A stretch of 64,000 nt of DNA from Nemertoderma westbladi (taxonomy: Eukaryota; Animalia; Xenacoelomorpha): the NCBI GenBank assembly GCA_032718475.1, contig JAUCBJ010006900.1, positions 1-64,000 on the forward strand. Direction: 5' to 3'. Shown one piece after another: positions 1 to 11,491 of this stretch. The first letter of the stretch is position 1. Each line of letters starts with the position of its first letter. The notes beneath the pieces were generated by a model, which searched no databases, was not told the origin of the DNA, and saw nothing but the letters and a program-made list of their open reading frames with translations. Both the position numbers and the translations under genes were made by a program.

Positions 1-568
1 TCTTCGTACCTGTGTGCATTAAACACATTGTACCATATAAAGTACCCGAAAACTACCGGAAACTACGGTCTATTTAACTTGATTCTCTCTCTTCGGTCAT
101 TAAGGGAACAGTTTTCCGAAATAGACCGGCTCATTGTTAAATATATGTTATAAAAAAATTTACTTAATATTAATAATAAAAATTTTAAATGTGAAATAAG
201 TTGATAAAACTGACAATTTTATTGTTGTTACAGAGATTGATAAAGCAATAAAATTTAGCGGATGTAATACACCCCGTTTATAAGCCAACCAAAGATCAAA
301 CACAATGGTTACTACTGGCCGTCGGGCTTTGTAGCTGATAACCAAGTAATAATATGACTAAAAACCGTGAACTTTGTTACGAGTTGGAAATATATATTGT
401 GTAGTTGGAGAGATAAAGAGTCAATGTATCAGATGGGCGGCTCTGTTAAGGAAGTGGGTGTTGTTGGATGAGTTAATGTGTTTGTTTTTATCCCCCCCCC
501 CCATATATGCTATTACCTCACTCTGTTTTGCTTTAAATGTCACGCTTCTGATATGATTTCCTATTAGT

Positions 569-739
569 ATTAATTTATTCCACAAAATTTCCTTTGTAGC
601 CAACTTAACAGACATTTCACAAATAATTTATAAATATACGGTAGCATTCTTTCTACAAATGCTACAGTATATACAGTAACTATATTTGTGAAATGTCAGT
701 TAAGTTGGCTACAGAGGAAATTTTGTGCAATAAATTAAT
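569..739. repeat. ~170 bp AT-rich fold-back (57 bp arms plus inner 14 bp stem), MITE-like
   Basis: 569-625 ATTAATTTATTCCACAAAATTTCC...CACAAATA is the reverse complement of 683-739 with 3 mismatches; inner TATACGGTAGCATT/AATGCTACAGTATA stem. Confidence 0.8.
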
Positions 740-767
740 TATAAATCAATACCTAATCATCGTTCCC

Positions 768-1020
768 CTCGCTCCCCAGTAATCTCGCCGCGAGCGCAAC
801 AGCCGGGCACCGTGTTATCGATGGGGCAGGGAACATAAAGACCGTGAAGTATGAGGAATTTGTTGATCGGGGCTGCTACCTACTGTATTTTATCCGGTAG
901 CCTTCAATACCTTAGGTATATCCAGCCCTGAGACTGCTGCGTTTCTAAAGGAGGTGGGCAACTGCCTCCATGCAGTCACGCAGGAGCCACGATCCCATTT
1001 GGTTCCTCCTCCAACCGCCT
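768..1020 (+). pseudogene. Degenerate C-terminal RLE endonuclease region of a CRE-type non-LTR retrotransposon, continuous with the first satellite monomer
   Basis: Frameshifted translation LAP/SNLAASATAG..IDGAGNIKTVKYEEFVDRGCY / FYPVAFNTLGISSPETAAFLKEVGNCLHAVTQEPRSH fits the TLAPS..AG.AA..AE..K..KY...F.P.A.ETLG...FL..LG.RL...T.EPRS..FL.QRL pattern of RLE elements. Confidence 0.75.
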
Positions 1021-4000
1021 CCATGCAGTCACTCAGGAGCCGCAATCCCATTGGTTCCTCCTCCAAGCGCCTCCATGCAGTCACTCAGGAGCCACGATCC
1101 CATCAGTTCGTCCTCCAACCGCCTCCATGCAGTCACTCTGGAGCCACAATCCCATCAGTTCCCCCTCCAACCTCCTCCATATAGTCAATCCGGAACCGCG
1201 ATCCTATTGGTTTCTCCTCCAACCGCCTCCATGCAGTCACTCAGGAGCCGCGATCCCATTGGTTCCACCTCCAACCGCCTCCATGCAGTCACTCAGGAGC
1301 AGCAATCCCATTGGTTCTTCCTCCAAGCGCCTCCATGCAGTCATACAGGAGCCACAATCCCATCAGTTCGTCCTCCAACCGCCTCCATACAGTCACTCAG
1401 GAGCCACAATCCCATTTGGTTCCTCCTCCAATCGCCTCCATGCAGTCACTCAGGAGCCGCGATCCCATTTGGTTCCTCCTCCAACCGCTTCCATGCAGTC
1501 AGACTCGAGAGCCGCGATCCCACCAGTTCCTCCTAAAACCGCCTCCATGCAGTCACTCAGGAGCCGCGATCCCATTGGTTCCTGCTCCAACCGCTTCCAT
1601 GCAGTCAGACTCGAGAGCCGCGATCCCACCAGTTCCTCCTCCAACCGCCTCCATGCAGTCACTCAGGAGCCGCGATCCCATTGGTTCCTCCTCCAACCAC
1701 CTCCATGCAGTCACTCAGGAGCCGCGATCCCATTGGTTCCTCCTCCAACCGCCTCCATGCAGTCAGACTCGAGAGCCGCGATCCCACCAGTTCCCCCTAC
1801 AACCGCCTCCATGCAGTCAGTCATGAGCCGCAATCCCATTGGTTCCTCCTCCAACCGCCTCCATGCAGTCACTCAGGAGCCGCGATCCCATTGGTTCCTG
1901 CTCCAACCGCTTCCATGCAGTCAGACTCGAGAGCCGTGATCCCACCAGTTCCTCCTACAACCGCCTCCATGCAGTCACTCAGGAGCCGCGATCCCATTGG
2001 TTCCTGCTCCAACCGCTTCCATGCAGTCAGACTCGAGAGCCGTGATCCCACCAGTTCCTCCTACAACCGCCTCCATGCAGTCACTCAGGAGCCGCGATCC
2101 TATTTGGTTCCTGCTCCAACCGCTTCCATGCAGTCAGACTCGAGAGCCGCGATCCCACCAGTTCCTCCTACAACTGACTCCATGCAGTCACTCAGGAGCC
2201 GCGATCCCATTGGTTCCTCCTCCAACCGCCTCCATGCAGTCACTCAGGAGCCGCGATCCCATTGGTTCCTGCTGCAACCGCTTCCATGCAGTCACTCAGG
2301 AGCCGCGATCCCACCAGTTCCTCCTACAACCGCCTCCATGCAGTCACTCAGGAGCCGCGATCCCATTGGTTCCTGCTGCAACCGCTTCCATGCAGTCAGA
2401 CTCGAGAGCCGCGATCCCACCAGTTCTTCCTACAACCGCCTCCATGCAGTCACTCAGGAGCCGCGATCCCATTGGTTCCTCCTCTAACCGCCTCCATGCA
2501 GTCACTCAGGAGCCGCGATCCCATTGGTTCCTGCTCCAACCGCTTCCATGCAGTCAGATTCGAGAGCCGTGATCCCATTGGTTCCTTCTCCAACCGCTTC
2601 CATGCAGTCAGACTCGAGAGCTGTGATCCCACCAGTTCCTCCTCCAACCGCCTCCATGCAGTCACTCAGGAGCCGCGATCCCATTGGTTCCTCCTACAAC
2701 CGCCTCCATGCAGTCACTCAGGAGCCGCGATCCCATTTAGTTCCTGCTCCAACCGCTTCCATGCAGTCAGACTCGAGAGTCGCAATCCCACCAGTTCCTC
2801 CTACAACTGCCTCCATGCAGTCACTCAGGAGCCGCGATCCCATTGGTTCCTCCTCCAAGCGCCTCCATGCAGTCACTCAGGAGCCACGATCCCATCAGTT
2901 CGTCCTCCAACCGCCTCCATGCAGTCACTCAGGAGCCGCGATCCCATTGGTTCCTCCTACAACCGCCTCCATGCAGTCATTCAGGAGCCGCGATCCCATC
3001 AGTTCCTCCTCCAACCGCCTCCATGCAGTCACTCAGGAGCCGCGATCCCATTGGTTCCTGCTGCAACCGCTTCCATGCAGTCACTCAGGAGCCGCGATCC
3101 CACCAGTTCCTCCTACAACCGCCTCCATGCAGTCACTCAGGAGCCGCGATCCCATTGGTTCCTGCTGCAACCGCTTCCATGCAGTCAGACTCGAGAGCCG
3201 CGATCCCACCAGTTCTTCCTACAACCGCCTCCATGCAGTCACTCAGGAGCCGCGATCCCATTCGGTTCCTGCTCCAACCGCTTCCATGCAGTCAGACTCG
3301 AGAGCCGCGATCCCACCAGTTCCTCCTAAAACCGCCTCCATGCAGTCACTCAGGAGCCGTGATCCCATTCGGTTCCTGCTCCAACCGCTTCCATGCAGTC
3401 AGACTCGAGAGCCGCGATCCCACCAGTTCCTCCTAAAACCGCCTCCATGCAGTCACTCAGGAGCCGCGATCCCATTGGTTCCTGCTCCAACCGCTTCCAT
3501 GCAGTCAGACTCGAGAGCCGCGATCCCACCAGTTCCTCCTAAAACCGCCTCCATGCAGTCACTCAGGAGCCGCAATCCCATTGGTTCCTGCTCCAACCGC
3601 TTCCATGCAGTCAGACTCAAGAGCCGCGATCCCACCAGTTCCTCCTACAACCGCCTCCATGCAGTCACTTAGGAGCCACGACCCCATTTGGTTCCTCCTC
3701 CAACCGCCTCCATGCAGTCAGACTCGAGAGCCGCGATCCCACCAGGTCCTCCTAGAACCGCCTCCATGCAGTCACTCAGGAGCCGCGATCCCATTGGTTC
3801 CTCCTTCAACCGCCTCCATGCAGTCACTCAGGAGCCGCGATCCCATTGGTTCCTGCTCCAACCGCTTCCATGCAGTCAGACTCGAGAGCCGTGATCCCAC
3901 CAGTTCCGCCTACAACCGCCTTCATGCAGTCACTCAGGAGCCGCGATCCTATTTGGTTCCTGCTCCAACTGCTTCCATGCAGTCAGACTCGAGAGCCGCG

Positions 4001-7000
4001 ATCCCACCAGTTCCTCCTACAACTGCCTCCATGCAGTCACTCAGGAGCCGCGATCCCATTGGTTCCTCCTCCAACCGCCTCCATGCAGTCACTCAGGAGC
4101 CGCGATCCCATTGGTTCCTGCTGCAACCGCTTCCATGCAGTCAGACTCGAGAGCCGCGATCCCACCAGTTCTTCCTACAACCGCTTCCATGCAGTCACTC
4201 AGGAGCCGCGATCCCATTGGTTCCTCCTCCAACCGCCTCCATGCAGTCACTCAGGAGCCGCGATCCCATTGGTTCCTGCTCCAACCGCTTCCATGCAGTC
4301 AGACTCGAGAGCCGCGATCCAATTGGTTCCTTCTCCAACCGCTTCCATGCAGTCAGACTGGAGAGCCACGATCCCACCAGTTCCTCCTACAACCGCCTCC
4401 ATGCAGTCAGTCAGGAGCCGCGATCCCATTGGTTCCTGCTCCAACCGCCTCCATGCATTCACTCAGGAGCCGCGATCCCATTTGGTTCCTGCTCCAACTG
4501 CTTCCATGCAGTCAGACTCGAGAGTCGCGATCCCACCAGTTCCTCCTACAACTGCCTCCATGCAGTCACTCAGGAGCCGCGATCCCATTGGTTCCTCCTC
4601 CAACCGCCTCCATGCAGTCACTCAGGAGCCGCGATCCCATTGGTTCCTGCTGCAACCGCTTCCATGCAGTCAGACTCGAGAGCCGCAATCCCACCAGTTC
4701 CTCCTACAACCGCCTCCATGCAGTCACTCAGGAGCCGCGATCCCACCAGTTCCTCCTACAACCGCCTCCATGCAGTCACTCAGGAGCCGTGATCCCATCA
4801 GTTTCTCCTACAACCGCCTCCATGCAGTCACTCAGGAGCCGCGATCCCATTGGTTCCTCCTCCAACCGCCTCCATGCAGTCACTCAGGAGCCGCGATTCC
4901 ATTGGTTCCTGCTCCAACCACTTCCATGCAGTCAGACTCGAGAGCCGCGATCCCATTGGTTCCTTCTCCAACCGCTTCCATGCAGTCAGACTCGAGAGCC
5001 GCGATCCCACCAGTTCCTCCTACAACCGCCTCCATGCAGTCACTCAGGAGCCGCGATCCCATTGGTTCCTCCTCCAACCGCCTCCATGCAGTCACTCAGG
5101 AGCCGCGATCCCATTTGGTTCCTGCTCCAACCGCTTCCATGCAGTCAGACTCGAGAGCCGCGATCCCACCAGTTCCTCCTAAAACCGCCTCCATGCAGTC
5201 ACTCAGGAGCCGCGATCCCATTGGTTCCTGCTCCAACCGCTTCCATGCAGTCAGACTCGAGAGCCGCGATCCCAAAAGTTCCTCCTACAACCGCCTCCAC
5301 GCAGTCACTCAGGAGCCACGATCCCATTTGGTTTCTCCTCCAACCGCCTCCATGCAGTCAGACTCGAGAGCCGCGATCCCACCAGTTCCTCCTACAACCG
5401 CCTCCATGCAGTCACTCAGGAGCCGCGATCCCATTGGTTCCTCCTCCAACCGCCTCCATGCAGTCACTCAGGAGCCGCAATCCCATTGGTTCCTGCTGCA
5501 ACCGCTTCCATGCAGTCAGACTCAAGAGCCGCGATCCCACCAGTTCCTCCTACAACTGCCTCCATGCAGTCACTCAGGAGCCGCGATCCCATTGGTTCCT
5601 CCTCCAACCGCCTCCATGCAGTCACTCAGGAGCCGCGATCCCATTGGTTCCTGCTCCAACCGCTTCCATGCAGTCAGACTCGAGAGCCGTGATCCCACCA
5701 GTTCCTCCTACAACCGCCTCCATGCAGTCACTCAGGAGCCGCAATCCTATTTGGTTCCTGCTCCAACCGCTTCCATGCAGTCAGACTCGAGAGCCGCGAT
5801 CCCCCCAGTTCCTCCTACAACTGACTCCATGCAGTCACTCAGGAGCCGCGATCCCATTGGTTCCTCCTCCAACCGCCCCCATGCAGTCACTCAGGAGCCG
5901 CGATCCCATTGGTTCCTGCTGCAACCGCTTCCATGCAGTCAGACTCGAGAGCCGCGATCCCACCAGTTCTTCCTACAACCGCCTCCATGCAGTCACTCAG
6001 GAGCCGCGATCCCATTGGTTCCACCTCCAACCACCTCCATGCAGTCACTCAGGAGCCGCGATCCCATTGGTTCCTGCTCCAACCGCTTCCATGCAGTCAG
6101 ACTCGAGAGCCGCAATCCCATTGGTTCCTTCTGCAACCGCTTCCATGCAGTCAGACTCGAGAGCCACGATCCCACCAGTTCCTCCTACAACCGCCTCCAT
6201 GCAGTCAGTCAGGAGCCGCGATCCCATTGGTTCCTGCTCCAACCGCCTCCATGCAGTCACTCAGGAGCCGCGATCCCATTGGTTCCTCCTACAACCGCCT
6301 CCATGCTGTCACTCAGGAGCCGCGATCCCATTTAGTTCCTGCTCCAACCGCTTCCATGCAGTCAGACTCGAGAGTCGCAATCCCACCAGTTCCTCCTACA
6401 ACTGCCTCCATGCAGTCACTCAGGAGCCACGATCCCATCAGTTCGTCCTCCAACCGCCTCCATGCAGTCACTCAGGAGCCGCGATCCCATTGGTTCCTCC
6501 TACAACCGCCTCCATGCAGTCACTCAGGAGCCGCGATCCCATCAGTTCCTCCTCCAACTGCCTCCATGCAGTCACTCAGGAGCCACAATCCCATCAGTTC
6601 CCCCACCAACCGCCTCCATACAGTCACTCAGGAGCCGCGATCCCATTTGGTTCCTGCTCCAACCGCTTCCATGCAGTCAGACTCGAGAGCCGCGATCCCA
6701 CCAGTTCCTCCTAAAACCGCCTCCATGCAGTCACTCAGGAGCCGCGATCCCATTGGTTCCTGCTCCAACCGCTTCCATGCAGTCAGACTCAAGAGCCGCG
6801 ATCCCACCAGTTCCTCCTACAACTGCCTCCATGCAGTCACTCAGGAGCCGCGATCCCATTGGTTCCTCCACCAACCGCCTCCATGCAGTCACTCAGGAGC
6901 CACGATCCCATTGGTTCCTGCTCCAACCGCTTCCATGCAGTCAGACTCGAGAGCCGTGATCCCACCAGTTCCTCCTACAACCGCCTCCATGCAGTCACTC

Positions 7001-8826
7001 AGGAGCTGCGATCCCATTGGTTCCTCCTCCAACCGCCTCCATGCAGTCACTCAGGAGCCGCGATCCCATTGGTTCCTGCTCCAACCGCTTCCATGCAGTC
7101 AGACTCGAGAGCCGCGATCCCACCAGTTCCTCCTACAACCGCCTCCATGCAGTCACTCAGGAGCCGCGATCCCATTGGTTCCTCCTCCAACCGCCTCCAT
7201 GCAGTCACTCAGGAACCGCGATCCCATTGGTTCCTGCTCCAACCGCTTCCATGCAGTCAGACTCGAGAGCCGTGATCCCACCAGTTCCTCCTACAACCGC
7301 CTCCATGCAGTCACTCAGGAGCCGCGATCCTATTTGGTTCCTGCTCCAACTGCTTCCATGCAGTCAGACTCGAGAGCCGCGATCCCACCAGTTCCTCCTA
7401 CAACTGCTCCATGCAGTCACTCAGGAGCCGCGATCCCATTGGTTCCTCCTCCAAACGCCTCCATGCAGTCACTCAGGAGCCGCGATCCCATTGGTTTCTG
7501 CTGCAACCGCTTCCATGCAGTCAGACTCGAGAGCCGTGATCCCACCAGTTCCTCCTACAACTGCCTCCATGCAGTCACTCAGGAGCCGCGATCCTATTTG
7601 GTTCCTGCTCCAACCGCTTCCATGCAGTCAGACTCGAGAGCCGCGATCCCACCAGTTCCTCCTACAACTGCCTCCATGCAGTCACTCAGGAGCCGCGATC
7701 CCATTGGTTCCTCCTCCAACCGCCTCCATGCAGTCACTCAGGAGCCGCGATCCCATTGGTTCCTGCTGCAACCGCTTCCATGCAGTCAGACTCGAGAGCC
7801 GCGATCCCACCAGTTCCTCCTACAACCGCCTCCATGCAGTCACTCAGGAGCCGCGATCCCATTGGTTCCTCCTCCAACCGCCTCCATGCAGTCACTCAGG
7901 AGCCGCGATCCCATTGGTTCCTGTTCCAACCGCTTCCATGCAGTCAGACTCGAGAGCCACGATCCCATTGGTTCCTTCTCCAACCGCTTCCATGCAGTCA
8001 GACTCGAGAGCCGCGATCCCACCAGTTCCTCCTACAACCGCCTCCATGCAGTCACTCAGGAGCCGCGATCCCATTGGTTCCTCCTCCAACCGCCTCCATG
8101 CAGTCACTCAGGAGCCGCGATCCCATTGGTTCCTGTTCCAACCGCTTCCATGCAGTCAGACTCGAGAGCCACGATCCCATTGGTTCCTTCTCCAACCGCT
8201 TCCATGCAGTCAGACTCGAGAGCCACGATCCCACCAGTTCCTACAACCGCCTCCATGCAGTCAGTCAGGAGCCGCGATCCCATTGGTTCCTGCTCCAACC
8301 GCCTCCATGCAGTCACTCAGGAGCCGCGATCCCATTTGGTTCCTGCTCCAACCGCTTCCATGCAGTCAGACTCGAGAGTCGCGATCCCACCAGTTCCTCC
8401 TACAACCGCCTCCATGCAGTCACTAAGGAGCCGCAATCCCATTGGTTCCTGCTCCAACCACTTCCATGCAGTCACTCAGGAGCCACGATCCCACCAGTTC
8501 CTCCTACAACCGCCTCCATGCAGTCAGTCAGGAGCCGCGATCCCATTGGTTCCTGCTCCAACCGCCTCCATGCAGTCACTCAGGAGCCGCGATCCCATTT
8601 GGTTCCTGCTCCAACCGCTTCCATGCAGTCAGACTCGAGAGTCGCGATCCCACCAGTTCCTCCTACAACCGCCTCCATGCAGTCACTAAGGAGCCGCAAT
8701 CCCATTGGTTCCTGCTCCAACCGCTTCCATGCAGTCAGACTCGAGAGCCACGATCCCACCAGTTCCTACAACCGCCTCCATGCAGTCAGTCAGGAGCCGC
8801 GATCCCATTGGTTCCTGCTCCAACCG
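960..8826 (+). repeat. Satellite array, 52-54 bp monomer (CCGCCTCCATGCAGTCACTCAGGAGCCGCGATCCCATTGGTTCCTCCTCCAA and a 54 bp AGACTCGAGAG variant), segment 1
   Basis: Directly visible tandem repeat, ~150 monomers, with 106/107 and 158 bp higher-order units. Confidence 0.99.
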
Positions 8827-9096
8827 TGTGCGGAATATACGCACACCAAATATATCAGTGCTGACTGTATCCAACAGTCAGCCTTCAGTCGAACATAATG
8901 CTGACTGCATCCGGCAGTCAGCTAAGGCAACAAGAAAATGGGGGTCAGCTGTCAGACAATACTAAATATATAATCTGCTTGCTGGCTTGTCCCTCAAACA
9001 ATAATTCATCTATCAGCACTGTACCGGTAGCAAACCTTCACCAAAAGAAGTATACAGTATAAAATAGTATAAATCTACTGTAATAACTTTATTACA
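8827..9096 (-). repeat. 3' LTR of small BEL/Pao element
   Basis: Direct repeat of 14638-14907; preceded on the minus strand by PPT TGGGCGGGAGAA (9097-9108). Confidence 0.97.
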
Positions 9097-9226
9097 TTCT
9101 CCCGCCCAAAAATAATCAATTGGGTACAGTTGCAAATAATATACACTAAAATTATTACAAACATCTTTCGTAAATAATAATTACTGAACAATACATATTA
9201 ACTAACTACAAATCCGTCATTTGTTA

Positions 9227-11359
9227 CTAAAAACTTTCACTTCCAGAACTGCACTCAGACTTTGAAGAGTCACTAATATCGTCATAATAAGATGAAACTC
9301 TCTCTCTAGCCGATTGAGCCGCCTTACGCTGTGAGGGCTGGCGTTCTGAAGGATTGTCGAACTTAACCACCGCTTGGGGGCGTGCAGAAACCACAGGGTT
9401 GTTACCAATAGGATCGTCGGAGGCGGGAGACGCTAATTCTATTGGATAGAGTTTCTTAATTGGTCTCTTGTATATTCCCGTAGCAGTACGTAAGGTTACG
9501 AATCGAACCCACCCGTCATTACCCGGATGTAAGTCTATCACCTTGCCTAGATTCCAACGCCCACGCGGTAGGACATTATCATGGATGAGAACTACGTCTC
9601 CAACACTCACAACATTACTAGGGTCACGAGAATCCCAACGATGGTGCTCCCGCAATGTTGTTAAATATTCCTTGGACCACCGGGTCCACAGATCACTCAA
9701 TAACTTTAGCAAAGGAAGATGACCACGAGTTAGACTATCTCTAGATACAGTTGGACAATAATCGGGATCACGCCACACATCACTATCGAGGCTATTGGGA
9801 TTATACAATGTATTAATGCGGTGACCTGATATTAACATTGATGGAGTTAGTGGCTGTGGATCATTATTATCTCCCGAAACATAGGTAAGAGGTCTGTCAT
9901 TCATTATACACTCAACCTCAACAATAAGCGTTTGCAACTCTTCTAGAGATATTAACGCGCAACCTAACACCTTCTTCAAACTAGTCTTCATCATTCGCAC
10001 CAGGCGTTCCCATATCCCGCCAAACCATGGTGCTGCTGGGGGGATAAAATCCCATGTAATTCGATGTGACAATAAGAACTTACTGACACTAGGGTCTTCT
10101 TTGGCCTGCCTTAAACAACCATCTGCTGAGGTGAATGTCGACGAATTATCACTTAACAATCTCGAAGGACACCCTCGCCGCCCAACAAATCGTCGCAGAG
10201 CCAGTAGGAAAGCATCAGTACTATTATCACGCACTATTTCTAAATGGACCGCACGACTCGCAGCACAAGTAAATAATGCTATATACACTTTGAATTTGTA
10301 GTCGTTGTCTTTCACTAATAAACTGCCGGTGTAATCTACACCACTACACTTAAATGGATGACATTCCTGTACTCGAATGTTAGGTAATGGGGGAGGAGAT
10401 TCTTCGATTCTTCCCACACTACGAATCACACCATCCATCATAGTAAGACGTAATTGGCGCACAATAGTTGGCATACGACCTTTAGAAGTAATCAAGTAAT
10501 CCCAAACCTCCAGATAAGATTCACGCTGTGCCTGTTGGACTAACCAAATTTCAGCATCGCGCACTTCACTCACTCGTAACAATGGAAAAATATTAAAATG
10601 CACATTACTTGGCACAATATCAACTATAGTACGAGTACGAGATTTATCAACAATTGCACACTTTACATTTCTAATAAAACAAAATACTAAAGCTGTTACA
10701 GTTATCAACTTATTGAAATTCCCAAAACGTTTAATATCGATTGGACTATCAGTCCACAAAAATAATTTATTACTATTATCAGTTTCAACTTTATAAACGT
10801 TTGTTACAAACTTTAGAAGCTTTGATCCAATAGCAGCAGCTGTCAATTCTAGCTGCGGTAATGAAGGCGTGGTTTTACCACCCTTGATTGGAGCAAGTTT
10901 ACACTTGGAAATCACAAGTTTAGAAATATTATCTAAAACAATATAAATAACAGCACCGAAAGCTTTTCCTGATGCATCACAAAAAGCGTGTATAGATGCT
11001 TCAGGAGTTACACATAATTGCCTAGGCAGACAAAAACTAAAGCACAAAATAAGATCAGAAACAATGTTATGCCACTCTTTTACAATGTTGTCTGGGAGTG
11101 GGGCGTCCCATTTAATACCGAGAGCCCATATATCCCGTATTAATAAACGAGATCGTATTGTCACTGGATTTATGAATCCCAATGGATCAAAAACCCTTGA
11201 TGCCAAACTAACAACCTTACGTTTTGTTAAAATAACCGCTGATGATGTCATGTTCCTATCTTGGAATCCTATGACGTCATCAGACATGTTCCAACATAAT
11301 CCCAAAACCTTTTGTTCATTATGAGTTACTTTAGGTCCGTCATGGTTTACTTTTATCAA
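9227..11359 (-). pseudogene. pol: BEL/Pao pol C-terminal part (RT end, Pao RNase H, integrase), frameshifted from the upstream ORF and internally deleted
   Basis: KVLGLCW, TKRKVVSLASRVFDPLG, HAFCDAS, LWTDS, SGVDYTG, FTCAASRAVHLE, SDNSSTF, APWFGGIWERLV, RPLT and RGRWNLGKV motifs; integrase HHCC segment missing. Confidence 0.92.
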
Positions 11360-11491
11360 CTTAGCTAATTCTGGTGAATTAGTAACCCACTCCCTTAAAG
11401 GAAACCCACCAGCGGCTAAAATACCGCGACTTTCGTTATAAAAATTAATTAAACAATGCTCAGAATTATCATTAGCTTGTAAATTGTCTAC

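Noticed and set aside
954-8965. Many long overlapping ORFs (up to 926 aa) in the satellite, also at 14947-17446
   Set aside because: The monomer has no stop triplet in any + frame and its length is usually not a multiple of 3, so all frames cycle through the same three peptides; this is an artefact, not a mucin-like gene.
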